DNA from: Callorhinchus milii
Taxonomy: Eukaryota
DNA: 64,000 nt
NCBI RefSeq assembly: GCF_018977255.1
Contig: NW_024704751.1
Span: forward strand, 496,001 to 560,000
Direction: 5' to 3'
This document shows positions 16,601 through 30,080 of the stretch, one piece after another. The notes beneath the pieces were generated by a model that searched no databases, was not told the origin of the DNA, and saw only the letters and a list, made by a program, of their open reading frames with translations. Within the stretch, counting starts at the first letter, position 1. Each line of letters starts with the position of its first letter. The position numbers and the translations under genes are program-made.

Positions 16601-19600
16601 TTTGGTCTCCTTATTTAAAAAAGGACATACTTGCCCTCGAGGGGGTGCAACGTAGATTCACTCGGTTAGTTCCTGGGATGAGGGGACTGACCTGTGAGGA
16701 GAAGCTGAATAAACTGGGGCTGTATTCTCTATAGAGTACAGAAGAATTAGGGGAGATCTTATTGAAACTTATAAGATTCTTAAAGGGCTGATAAAGTAGA
16801 CACTGAGGGTCTGTTTCCCCGGTAGGAGAGTCTAGAACCGGGGGTCACAGTCTGAAAATTAAGGGTCAGCCTTTTAGAACAGAGTTGAGAAAACACTTCT
16901 TCACTCAGAGGGTAGTGAACTTATGGAATTCTTTACCCCAGAGGGCTGTAGATGCTCAGTCCTTGAACATTTTCAAGGCTGAGACTGATAGATTCTTGAA
17001 AAATAGAGGGATTAGGGGATATGGGGATAGGGCAGGTAATCAGAGTTAGGTGAGAAGATCAGCCATGATCTTATTGAATGGCGGAGCACAGGCACGAAGG
17101 GCCGAAGGGCCGACTCCTTCTAATTCTTATGTTCTTATGTTAACTTTTCCTGAACAAGAGGGTGAGAATGAGTGAGGCTGTTCAGCTGGGTTCTAAGTTC
17201 ACCCAGAACTGAACAGAATGGAATGATCTCTCTCATGCCTTGGCACTGAGCCTGAATTCATGAGCAGTATTTGTTGCTAAATCAGTAATAATCTGTTTGC
17301 ATGGTTTTTTTTGACTGTTTCAATTGTATCAGATTTACCACACCATCCCTGCCTCCCCCAGATTTTTTTCCATGGGTAGTTTTGTTTCCGAAATCCACAA
17401 TTCTCTGTTTGACATCAGTTGCTTAGAAAGCTACTCCTCACACAGCATTGAGTTTGTAAATCTTATTTTCTTTATACAAACTTCTGTGTTTCGCAGCATC
17501 TATAAGTATAACCGTGTTAAAGTGCGGGTCAAATTGGGTTTTATCAGGGATAAATGGGATGAGCATTGTAAGTTTGACATTTCACAATATATTACCTGAG
17601 CTTTTTACTCACTCAGCCAAACCAGTTCACCATTTAATGCAGAAAGAAAAATGGCCTTAGTTTCTTTTTTTTAAAAAACTCCTTATTTTTCATAAAAGCT
17701 TCTCTTTTTTAATGCAAACCTTTGGGGCATTTTCCTGAGCTGCGGTGAATGAAACATCATAAAATGTAATGACCGGTTGCAATGGTGCAAACTGCACAAT
17801 CATAGAATCTTTCCACACAGGGAGGCCATTCAGCCAATTTGCCGCTGCCTGCTCTTGGAAAGGGCTACCAATTTGTCCCACTCTTACCTCAACTAGTCCA
17901 GTAACCCCATAACCCTGCAAATGTTTCCTTTTTAAGTACCTATCCAATTCCCTTTTGATGGCAACTATTAAATCTGCTTCCACCACCCTTTTCAAGCAGT
18001 GCATTCCAGACAGTAACAACTTATCTGCTTGTTCTTTATAGTGAACAGATATTACCAAAGATTCACGAAGAGCCCAATTACCCTTGTGAACTTGTGGGGA
18101 CGTGGAACACATGGTATGGGGAACAGGATGAAGCCGGTATGAATGTTATTATAAGCAGAATTATGGCAAGTTGTAGTGTTTTTCTGAGTGCTCACCGTAG
18201 CAAAGTGTTATTTTGAAAGTGAATTAATATATTTTGTGAGTGAAATACGGCAGCCAATTGCACACAGCAGTGTCCCACAAACAGTTGTGGATTGAAGTGA
18301 TCAATTTTATCTTTTTTGAAGGAATTAAAATGGTGAGATCAAGTCAATTTTACCTATGTTGCAAATCGATTTTGTTTGAGTTGCTGCATAAATGGTACTT
18401 GCCCTTTACATTTTTAGTTTTAAACCTTTCGCTTTGCTCACATGCTGAAGTTTTCAATAAATTTCAGCTAATTTGTTACTTTGGGAAAATCCAGCGGCAG
18501 ATAGTAATCTGCCTGGAGAGCTGCTTTGTGTGAGATTCTATGTTACAGTGGTCATACTGGGCATTGTGTGTTGCTGCGTATCTGCAGCTGAGCTGACATT
18601 AGTCTTCATCAGTGTGAAGCGCTTTGAGACGTCTTGAAGAGATGATAAGGCGCTATATCGGCAAGGATTATTATTCTTTAATAGCACACTTTCCAAAGGA
18701 GGTCAGCCTGCGGACCTATACCCTCACCAAGTGCAAAGATGTCCTCCTTGAGTTTAGAAGGTTGAGGGGTGATCTGATTGAGGCTTTTAAAATAATTAAG
18801 GGATTCAATCCGGTAGATACAGAGAGACTATTTCCTCTGATGGGGAATCCAGAACAAGGGGGCATAATCTTAAAATTAGAGCTAGGGTATTTAGGAATGA
18901 AATCAGGAGGTAGTTTTCCACTCAAAAGGTAATGGAAATCTGGAACTCTCTCCCCCAAAGATCCACATCTTCAAGACTGAGGTGGATAGATGTTTGTTAG
19001 GTCAGGGTATCAAGGGCAATAGGGCAAGGGCAGGTAATTAGAGTTCGAGTAAAGATCAACCATGATCTGATAAATGGCTGAACAGGCTCAAGTAGCCGAA
19101 TGGCCTCATTCTGTTCCTATGTAAAATGTTAGGAAAGAGCCAGCAATGCAAATTTCACAGCACAGAGTTGGAGAGATCGGGGGAACACTAATGGGTGATA
19201 AACACAGGGAGCAGAGGTGACACTGACTGGGATGGACTGAATGCTTGTTTGTTGTGGTTCCAGCTCTGGTCTTGTATCTATCTTGTCAGCTCTTAGATTT
19301 AAACTGTTTCCATTAAATTATTAATCAAACTTGCTAATGAGGAATAAGTGCTTTCATCTTATTAGACTGCTGAGATAGGTGTTCTTCACACATGCAGAAA
19401 CCAACCGGTTTTGTTTTACCGCTGAAAACAATTCTACTGGCTGAATATTAAATCTTTTGCAAGGCTTTTTTTTAAAACGGTATATCGGCCACCTAAACCC
19501 AATACTAGAAATAGAATTGCTTTTCTGTTGCTATCTGTGTAAGGCATCCTATTTGTGTCTTTTTCAGTCCACCTCTGGAAGTATAGTGGAGGTTACCCCA

Positions 19601-22600
19601 CGCTTACCGAGGTGATGAATAAACTCAGACAAGATAAGGTAACACAGTAAACTAGGTATATTAAGGTTGTAACTTAGCAGTGGAGACTGTTTCTGATTAC
19701 ACTTACATAATCTGTAATTAATGCTTTCTAACTTATTTAGTAAGTGACTGATTTTGATTGAGTGTTGGCAGGTCAATGCTAATGTAACATTCCTATGAAA
19801 CTATCAACCTGTTTTGCAGGAATTCATGGAGTTCCGGAAGGAGAGAGGGAAAATGCTGCTTTCTCGGAAAAACCAGCTGCTTTTAGAGTTCAGTTTCTGG
19901 AATGAACCCATCCCAAGATCAGGGCCTAATATTTATGAACTGCGCTCCTATCAGCTCAGGGTAAGGAACCCAAACATCCTGCACTTCACACCTTTGTCTC
20001 TTGTTTTTAAAGCTGGTGGTACTCCCACTCCAGTAATATCCTGACTCAGCGTCGGACAGTGGCCCGTTCCCAAATAAATAATGTTAGGGGTTTGGGGTGG
20101 GTGAATAAGAACAGCTTGTTTCTTATTAAGCTGAAGATGTAACTTAAGAGGCACTCAGGCCATGTAGCTACTTCAGCTCAGACCACGATTCGAAGAGCTC
20201 AGTGCTGTTCTGGCCAGGCCTTTGCCCATTAAATCACAGGGAACCAATGATGGAGTCAGTTCCATCAACAACAACACATTAAAACTGCCCCAGTCCTCCA
20301 CCAATAGGACATTTTATTTCCTTATGTAAAGGAGGAAAGTGTAGGAGATGTTCTGCCTTTTGTTGTCCTGCCTTCTGTGAACAGTGTCATGGCAATCTTT
20401 AACTTAAATCATTCCTGATAGCTACATTAGCTGCTCGTCATATTTCACTCATCAAAACCAATTTGATCTTCAACAGAGAGAAAGAGCTATTTTATATTAA
20501 CCAAACGGCCAGGTGAAGGTGCATAGTGCAGGAGATCGCCAAAGGTGTAAAGAGTAAGAGAGAGAACAAGGTAAACTAAGAATGAATGGTATTGCGTCTC
20601 AAAGGCTGAGCCTGTAGAGTGAAGGAGGAAAGAGAAGATGGAGGGAGTTGGGATGGAGATGATTGAGTTGGAGACAATGCAGGAATGAGGAAAGTTCAGA
20701 GCAGCAGTGTCCAGATCTGAGGCAGTAAAGGGAGAAGCGAGGTTGTGATGGAGAGAGAAAGATTACTAATCAACGTTTTGAAATAATAAAAGAATAAAAT
20801 AAGCTGTTGCCTGTGGGGAGGAGAGATGATCTTGAAAAGCCCACAAAAGATCAGAAGCAGATTTTTCTTTTTAAGTAAAAGCATCAAAGAATTGCCTGTG
20901 ATGGCGCTTGTTACAAACCAGCCAGTTACGCTTTGGAGCCATCCACAGCTGAAAGGAACACAAGTGTCTCAGGGAGGTTTCTAGCCTTACCGGATTTAAT
21001 ACTCTCACTGTCCATTCCCCAAACTCAAATAAACCTCTGTACCAGGCAATGCTGTCTGGCCCAATCAAACGCCAAGATTAGAGTTTAGGCACGAGAGGGG
21101 AATTTCCTGCTGCTTGATTTCAAGGTCAGAACTTCTGGGTGGGAATGTGAAACCGGATTCTCATTTATATATACAGTTCACTCCAAAATCAATAGCAGAA
21201 TGATATAAACCTTTGCTATAGCGCCTTTCATGTCAGGAGGACGTCTCAAAGAACTTCACAGGGTTTCCTGTAGAGGGACTGCACTAGGTGGGCAGAATGG
21301 AATGGTAATCTTGGGAGGGATAAGAGCCCTGGAGAAAAGCTATGTGTGTGAGAGAGAGAAACTAAATCACTCAGTGAATGTAACAGCTTTTCTGCCTTCC
21401 AGTTTTCTGCCTAACCCTAAGCTACTAAGCTACTTTGAATAACTTTGCGTTATTCAAAGGCAACTTAATGAAATCTGGTGTTTAATGAGAAATCTGGGAA
21501 GTCATGTGATGAGAAAGCCACTCACTGGTGAGCCTGTCAGAGCCAATGTGCAGGTTATTCAACAATTGTTGAGCTCTCAACTCAAACATCTCAACTCAAA
21601 CTTCTCAACTCAAAGCCACTTCGTGCTAATGTCACAGCTTTTGAGAAAGGTTTATTTTCTAAGAAAAATAAACCAAATATTCATTATCGTTGTTTTGTCC
21701 CAGTAAATATTTGAGCTTTGTGTGTGAACTCAGGAATCTTCACTCAAGAGAAAGTGCAGAATTATAGCATCTCAACAAACAATAATCCCTCTAGCCTTTG
21801 ATCCTGCTTGAAGACAGAAATATTAGAATCAGTGAGAGAGGCAATATATTAATAGCATTGTGTTCTTCTGATTTTCTTGTTTAAAAACTCTTTGATCCAC
21901 ATTACAGGGATAAACAGAGTCTGTTCTAACTCAGAGCAAGTTGCATTTATTTGCCCTGCATAAAAATTTTGTTGATATATTGTATCATCAGACATAATAA
22001 TCCCTGAAGAAGAAAACAAAAATAAATTGGTCACTTCATTCTACAACTGTTTGTGGGAAGCTGCTGTGTGCAATTGGCTGCCGCATTTCGCCTCCAAATA
22101 TACAGTCAATTCACTTACAGTATATTATGTGAAGCGCTTTGAGACGTCTTGAAGATGTGATAAGAGCTGTATCAAATGCAAGGATTATTATTTATTATCA
22201 TCTGATTTGCCTGTTATCTAACATTGGTATTGTTTTTCCAGCCAGGTACAATGATTGAATGGGGTAATAACTGGTGAGTAGTGTATTATACTGTTGGCAT
22301 TCAACTGATCCTGTAGAATTATTCTGCGTCATTAAGTAAAGTGCATAATTTCCGTTGCACATTGAATTGCCTGTAATGTCATAATGTTTCATCTCCACTT
22401 CTAGAGACATGTAAGTTTGCGGGCAGGAGGAGTGGGTCTTACTGCGCATGTTTTGAATTCCAATTGACTCTAGATTTTCCTTTCAGATTTTTAATTTTGA
22501 TTTGAATAAAATACGGGGTTAGGTTCCTTACGGTTTGAATTCCAAACTAAATCATTGCCTTGTTTGTACGTCTGTGAGGATGAAAGTGCTATGTTTTATA

Positions 22601-24384
22601 TTGCAGCTGCTTCTGTTAAGTGTGAGGAAGGTATTTGGCTGAAAATCATTGAGTTTTGTGAGCTGGTCTCCGCTCAATAAAGGTGTGTTACAGAATTTAC
22701 AGACACTGTAAGTGCTTCCAAGCATCAAATCGATGCAAAGATCTTTTCATTTATGCATAACTGATTATAATAGTTATTATGGAGTGACACAAATCCTGCA
22801 TGTTCAGAAATGATTTTAACTTTCAGGCAATCTCTACTTATTTTGTATTTAAATTTTCTGTTTTGGGGGGGAAATATTTTTCTACAAATTTGTTTTTTAA
22901 AATATTGTTTTCTAAAGGCCATGAAATAAATGCAGAAAGAATTTAAACATTTTCAGTGCATGACTGTTTCAGTGAGAGTTTGAAATGGGTAATGGGCATT
23001 TAAATACCTCATGACCCAATTCAACTCTTCTCTACTTCCCCCCCCCCCCCCCCCCCCCGCTACTCTCTCTTTGACAAATTGTCACAAATCCCGCATTGAT
23101 ACGACATTAATTTTTTAGTTGATTGTGCATCTGCCGTAATTGTCTCTGATCAGTGAATGCACCTTATTATGTTAGTGTTTTACTGTGTGTGTGTGTGGGG
23201 GCACTCGATGACCTGAGATGTGTCCCCAGGGCCCGAGCCATTCGCTATCGGCAGGATAACAATGAAGCCGTTGGCGGGTTTTTCTCCCAGATCGGAGAGT
23301 TGTACATGGTGCACCACCTGTGGGGTAAGAGGTCTTCATCAACCAGTTACACATAATACACAGTCATTACATTACACAGCAGTTATCTGGGAAGCCCTTT
23401 GATGCATTTTGATGTTATAGTTTGCCCACAAAATACATTCAGTGCACTTTCATGTATATTTTGTGAAGAGCTTTGAAACATCTCCACAACATGATAAGGC
23501 AATGCAAGGATTATTATCATTTGAGTTGGATAATGTCGTGAAGCTCTTCACAATAGCGGAGTTCGGCTCGGAGATGGGGGGTGGAGGGTGGTGGTCATAG
23601 GCATGGTCATAGAGGTAGATTTTAAATTGGGATAGATAGAAAAATGGATAGCACCTTGTATTATAGCAATATAATCACTACTATATTGCTCTGTGTCATA
23701 GGTTTAGGTCTTATGCTGTCATTTTTTAACTGACTATTTCAACTGTGCTGTGTCTTATCTGTTTTTAAGCTTATAAGGACTTGCAGACGAGAGATGAAAC
23801 AAGAAATGCTGCATGGCAGAAGGCTGGCTGGGATGAATGTGTATATTATACAGGTATTCGTTCCATCCTTTCTGCAATTCTTATAAAATTATTAATCATT
23901 TAGGCCTGCTAAACAAAGCTCAGTGCTATAAGGTGCCAGACAGGTCCAGTAGTAAACCACTTGCAGCAATGATTCTTTTATCAGAATTAAACATTCTGAT
24001 AAAATTGGCATAAACCAGTTTATTCCTTGGATTTGCAATGAAGCACATGCATCTTTTTTTTCTCTTTCTATCTACGCCTTCTTCTCTTACACTCTTTGTC
24101 TCCGATTGTCCTGGGGAAAATCATTTCAGATCAGGTCATTTACTCTTATGGTTGTTTGCGGGACCTTGCTATGCACAAAATTGCATCCGCGTTTGAATAA
24201 ACAGGCACTTGACAGTAATTACTCATGAAGCTCTTTAAGAGATTTTGATATGATAAGATGCTCTACGTAGTTTTTTTTACTTCTGAAGTAATTACTGACT
24301 TGACTGTCTCTCTACACAGTGCCACTCATCCAGCAAATGGACTCCAGGATTATGATCCCACGAAAAACGTCTCCACTTCAGTGA
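13394..24384 (+). CDS. NIPSNAP2: NipSnap homolog 2 (GBAS), 10 exons, about 281 aa
   Basis: Exons 13394-13470, 15451-15590, 15785-15830, 18042-18136, 19568-19638, 19820-19960, 22242-22273, 23230-23324, 23770-23853, 24320-24384. Shows [41 protein letters not shown] and the end [11 protein letters not shown]. Confidence 0.95.
16040..17140 (+). mobile_element. CR1-clade LINE, 5'-truncated, with RT C-terminus and 3' tail
   Basis: [44 protein letters not shown] and [10 protein letters not shown]. Tail gatcagccatgatcttattgaatggcgg...(ttcttatg)n. Confidence 0.92.
17800..18020 (-). mobile_element. CR1 LINE 3' fragment
   Basis: [19 protein letters not shown] plus a CR1-type 3' UTR. Confidence 0.7.
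18745..19120 (+). mobile_element. CR1 LINE 3' fragment
   Basis: [20 protein letters not shown] and the same tail as the 16-kb copy. Confidence 0.8.
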
Positions 24385-25758
24385 GCTCAATACCAAGACG
24401 GCACTTTTCAAACCAAGGCGCTGACTTGTCTTTTGCCCCAAGACTCAACAATAAGTAGCAGGTCACTGACGTGAAGTTGTATTTGACATGATTGAAATAG
24501 GTATATATCTTAAGTCCTTTGTGGACACTACAGAAACTAAATCTTCAAATTACTCAGCTACACTTTTCCTGGATCCTTTGTAGTGAGGTATCAATATTGA
24601 GCTGGTTGGCAATCCTGAGTGTGTCCTTTCACTGTTTGTCTCCCCCTCCATTCAGATGGCCTGACCCACGAGAGGTGCCACTGTGGTGGGGCATTTCCGA
24701 TCTTTGGCTTAAAGGCAATAAAAGAAAGGGACAGATTCAGAATTGTCACAGGGTCACTGCAGGTTCCCAGCATTCTGACACCAGGACACTCCCCGTTTTA
24801 ACAGTGAATGTGTTGTTTGCTCTCGGAATTTTAAAAGTGTGAGGTTCAGTCAGGGAACGACTTTTTAAATAAAATCATTTAGTTGGAAGGTTTTACTCCT
24901 GAAAGTTCAATGCTCTCCATTCTTTGACTTCAGTGTCAAATCCTGTCCAAGTATACAGGTTTCTCTTGTGATTTGCTGTTGCTCTATACTGCTGCAGTGA
25001 TGCATGGTCAATCACTGTGTAAAATGTAAGCTTTACAAACACTGTAATTTTTTTATCCAGTTTGGTCCTGTGCTTATTTTTAAAATGGCACCATTATGTA
25101 TTGTTTCTAGAGTTTACAAGAATTCAGCAAATCCTAAACACCTAAGAAAATATGTTTCTATATCATTGCGTGGCAGTCAGGTTAAACTAGCCACTAAGCC
25201 TGAAATAAACACGATTTGCAACATTTGTCTGTGGGGTGCCTTACCTGTGGGGTGCCTTATCTGTGCAATTGAATGCTGACAGGTCCTTTAACAAACCTGT
25301 TCATGAGCTAAACCAGGATAAAAACTGCCAGAGACTGGCAAATCCATCTAAAGTCATCCTTTAAGTGATTGAATCTATGAACCGTGTCCAACGTGTAAAA
25401 TGCTGACTTGCCAGCAGTGCCATACTGGCCGGTTTGAAATATTCAACTTTACCTAAGAACATTTAAAATACACTGTCACAAATACAGCAATAATTTTATT
25501 TTAAAATAAAATACAGGATCATAAACTGAAATGGCCAGAGGTCAGCACAGCTTTAACAACACACACCAATAGAAATCCATTCCTCAAATGGTATTACCTC
25601 TGCAGAACAGCTAGAACATGAAGCAACATAGAATTAATGTTCCACAAATGTGAGCTGCAACAGTTTGCTGATTCACCTAAAAGTGCAGCTAAAATCTGCT
25701 TAGAGCAGGCATGAACTATGGACGTAAAGAGCGATGCGTTTTATTATTAGGATTACTC

Positions 25759-26260
25759 TTATTTATTGCGTTTGAACATATCATACAGGTAGTCACTGTA
25801 CTGGGGCAGTAAAGTAGCCAGCTTCCCGTGGAAGACTCTAATGAGCCTGGTAGAGTTGCCCACGAAAATGCCCGTGGTTTCAGTGGTAAACACAGGAATC
25901 CCGTACCACTCCACCATGTGCCTGATGATTCTCCCCCGGAGAAAATTGTGGTCACCACGTCCCAGCCATTGACCGGTACAATAGGGTCTTCAAACTGCAT
26001 GTTTGCTGTGTAATGTTTCATTCTGTCCAGCGATGGCTTACACTGGTAAAGTCCCAGCACTGCATCAATCAGTGCCTGCCTCGTGTTTGTGATCTCCTGC
26101 TTTGTACCACTCGGTAAGTCCTGATTCCACCGAGGTTGAGGCAGAGGTTTGGGCTTTGTGGTGATGAGATAGTAGCCCGAGCAGCTCTGGATGCCAGAGT
26201 ACCACACAAAGGGATTGATTAGGGTAATCTTCAGCATTGTGTCGCTCACTTTCTGTAAAC
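25759..26260 (-). pseudogene. Disrupted NTF2/SnoaL-like-fold gene (internal deletion plus frameshift)
   Basis: Frame 1 reads LIDAVLGLYQCKPSLDRMKHYTANMQFEDPIVPVNGWDVVTTIF. A shifted frame from about 25935 reads GRIIRHMVEWYGIPVFTTETTGIFVGNSTRLIRVFHGKLATLLPQYSDYLYDMFKRNK* (stop 25761-25759). A splice acceptor (cttcccctcaacttcag) precedes 26260. Confidence 0.6.
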
Positions 26261-29200
26261 CTGAAGTTGAGGGGAAGTTAAAGCACTTAAAATTAGTTTG
26301 CAGTTTAGATGCAGAGTTGAACCAAAGTCCTATCTGGCTGTTCAGGCGGCATTAAAGATGCCAAATATGATGCTACTTAGAAAAGAGTTTCTCCTGGTGC
26401 AGATTGGCTGTCACATTTGCCTTCACAAATCCCTTTACCCAGTGGACAGCAATCGTCTGACATTAATAGGGGCTGCCTCAAGTGCAAAGATGATTTCATT
26501 TAGCGCTTTTTCAAATTTCTCTACCAGTTTATGTGAGATGTTGTCATGCACAGCAATTTTTGCCACTGTGCCTTCCTGGTGTGTTCACAGTAACTTGCAA
26601 TTTGAAATTGGAGCCCAGGTTCCCAGAGGTGATGGGACAGTGCATCTTTCTGCTTCTCTCAGCGTTTCACCCACATAATATACAGTCAATTCACTTTACA
26701 GTATATTCTATGAAGCTCTTTGAGACGTCTCGAAGACATGATAAGGCACTGTGTCAAATGCAAGGATTATTATTATCAGGTCACAAGTTAGAAAATGAAA
26801 TCCACTCAACCCCCGAGCTGAGGGTAACATCAGCCCAGAGTGAGGAAATTGCAAGTTATACACCAGTAATTCCAGTGAGAATGGTGCAAGTTTGCAAGAA
26901 ATGTTTAAAAACAAAGTAAACTTTCAAATAAAAAAACAACTTAAAATGGTCTGTGGTTTGCAAGTAGGGCAGTTAGGACAAGTAGTATGCGGGAAAGGTC
27001 ATATGCCTTCACTTATTCATGATAAAAATCACAAGACGTCCTTGTAATTACTGCACCGTCTTCAATTAGTGGCTGAAAAAGAATGACCCAGCTGTTTCAA
27101 GTATTGTTTCCAGGGTGGAAACCTACTGCTTCTGCAGGCTGTTCATTAAACACCGAATGATCATTGCAGTGTGAGATGAAGCAATGTTCTAAAGACAGAC
27201 TCCCCAAAGAGGGAAATGGTGGAGAGGGAATCTTTGCCAGCTTGGGAGACTGAGAAACAACTTAAAGGAAAAAGAAATTCTACTTTTCTATCCCATATTT
27301 CTTAGCTCAAATATGGACACAATTACACAACATAACAATCTGCTGGGCTTTTCAAAATGCCATCAGAATCTAAAAGCACCGATACCTATAATTTAACATT
27401 AGGCTATAAATAACTAGTCACAATAATTTTGTCACTCAATCCATAGCTGTTTGTGGGACACCGTTATGTCAATTGGCCGCCGTATTTCGCCCTCAAAAAT
27501 ATAGTCAATTCACTTTACAGTACAATCTGTGAAGCGCTTTGAGACGTCTCGATGACGTGATAAGGTTCTATATCAAATGTAAGGATTACTATTACTAACG
27601 TTCTGTTTCAAATTAGACCAATGCTTCTACTCAACCACATGAGAAACTTGATAATTAACTTAACCTAACTCAATTCCCAAATAAAATAATTAACTACTGT
27701 AATACAAATGTTTTAATTACTTTTCAGTTAAAATAATATTGAATGAAATGGTGCCTCTAAGTTAAACATATTCTCAAAACCTTGCACATCAGTTAAGATA
27801 AATAACACTCCAGTAATTACAACTTTCACTGCTGTCCTCAGTCAGCAAATATCAACATGTGTCAAACGCTGAAAAAAAATACAATTTTTAGGAAAGAAAC
27901 AAACAAAACCTGTGTCAACCAAACCCAGAAACTGACCGGCTGAACTCAGAAGTGGTCCGACGGAATCCTAAACGATGAAGCTTTGGTTTAAAGTTGAAAC
28001 CTCCGCAATTTAATGAATAACTGGAGATTTTATAAAACTTGCCTGATATTGGAACCTGCTCAAGTCACTCAGTGTTTTCCTGCAACTTGGAACATCTGAC
28101 CCCACAACCCTTTGCCGCATAGCATTGCAATGACATTGAAATTTGAAAAAAGCGATTTCTTTTCCTAATCCTGCAACTATTTCACATGCTCGGTACTGAG
28201 AACCACAATGTAGGCCCACACACGTTACACAAGGTGATCTCATCATTTCCTCTGGAAATTGCATTTTCGATGTTAAATTACTGGAGATACGTGTGGTTCT
28301 GTCCCGGGGTGTTGTCCAATTATTCAGGCGCGTTGTGTTAAAATGAAGTATCTTAAATCTTTATAACATGGGGAACATTCCAAGCATAACCCGTAAAGCT
28401 TATTCCGATCAGGTCCCATGTTACATGGTGTTGCGTGCCAAAGATTTAAAACGAGGAGATGCATCTTCTAATGACTGATCCCTTCACCCTTTGTCGCTTG
28501 CACGGGCACCACCAGCCTGCACCATGTCCCTCGCCCTACCCACCCCACCATTGGCATTCGGGCCTTCAGCCTCTGTCCCCACCCTTGGGAACTCCATTTC
28601 ATCGTCCCTTCGCTTCACTCGCTTCGGTCCAAATTCCTAATTGCCCAGTGCCTTGAGACATCCTCCCGATGTGAAAGGTAATATACAAATGTAATTTGTT
28701 GTTATCTCAGCAATACATCTAGATTCTGTTCATTTTCTTATTTTCATCACTTTAATTCTGTCGCTTGTCACATTTCATCCTGTCCTTGTGCACTTTAGTC
28801 TGATTTTTCCAACTCCAATCCATTGCATCTTGTGGTGTAAAGCTTAGTTTGTAAATCTCTGGCCTCTGGGTCAGAATGTTGTGGTTTTGTGCCTTGTATA
28901 GGTCTATCTCACGGTGCTGATACAAAAAGACGGAGATAGAACTGTAGAAAATGACAGCACAGAAGAAACCCTGGTGTCCTGGTTAACATTCCTCTCAAAT
29001 AAATGCATCAATAAAATCAGATTAATTGATCATTTATCTCATTGTTGCATGCAACAATTTTGTGCCGTAATATTTAGTAATTTATATGGTCTGGAAGTTT
29101 CCTGTGCTTCAATGTGGAAACTTAGTAACAAAAAAGCAATTTAGATTAGATAATACGGGGGATATATACGTGGTTCTAGAATCAATTTTGTTTGCCCTGA

Positions 29201-29771
29201 ATTTCTTGATTTGACAAAAAAAGGCAAAATTTTTACTCAGCAGAAAATGTTCCCCGTTGCATGTGTAAGATGCAACATTTATACAATAAATCTGCTGAGA
29301 AAATGTTATATTTGATTAAAATTGTATTGCTGTAACTTCCATCAACCCAGACTGGAATGGTCAGTTTTATGTTCTTGGTTTCCTTATCCACACAGATGCA
29401 GCGCACGATTGTACTTTGTTTCCACTTCCATCGCTAACCTGCCAAATTCCTCCAATTGTTCATTTGTATTTGATAAAATTGTTCACATCAGAGAATCCAA
29501 CAAACTGTTTTATTTCGAATGTAATCTTGATGTTCTGCACTGTACAAGTAGCAGTTTGACAATTTGTGTCACAAAGGCTTTGAAAAATATGCAGTACTTT
29601 TCTCAGATGACGCCCCCCCCTCCCCCCAACACACACACACACACACACATCTGGACTGCCTTCTTTTGCCTCTGGAACATTGCCATGCCCTCCTCTAAGC
29701 GTAGATGTTTCCAACTACCCTGATTTCACTCTCCAGGAGTTCCAACCGATCCAGACCTCAACAGCCTGAGT

Positions 29772-30080
29772 AATAATAATAATAATCCTTACATTTGATG
29801 TAGCATTTTTCGTATCTTCTAGACGTCTCAAAGCGCTTCCGAGAATATGCTGTAAAGTGAATTGACTGCATATTTGGGGGCAAAACGCGGCAGCTAATTG
29901 CGCACAGCAGCGTCCCTCAAACAGTCATGGATGGAGTGACCTATTATTGTTTTTTTTCCGAGGGATTATTATTAGGTGTGTGGAGTAAGGAAACTTGCCC
30001 AACGTTTTTCCCTGCCGGAAATCAAACCCAGGTCTCTTGCTTGCGAGGAGAGCGCTCTAACCACTGAGCTACAGGACTCC
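29772..30080 (-). mobile_element. tRNA-derived SINE, short variant
   Basis: Reverse complement of the ggagtcctgtagctcagtggttagag head and (tta)n tail. Confidence 0.85.

Noticed and set aside
28010-28264. 84-aa Cys-containing ORF
   Set aside because: No recognisable motif or splice support.
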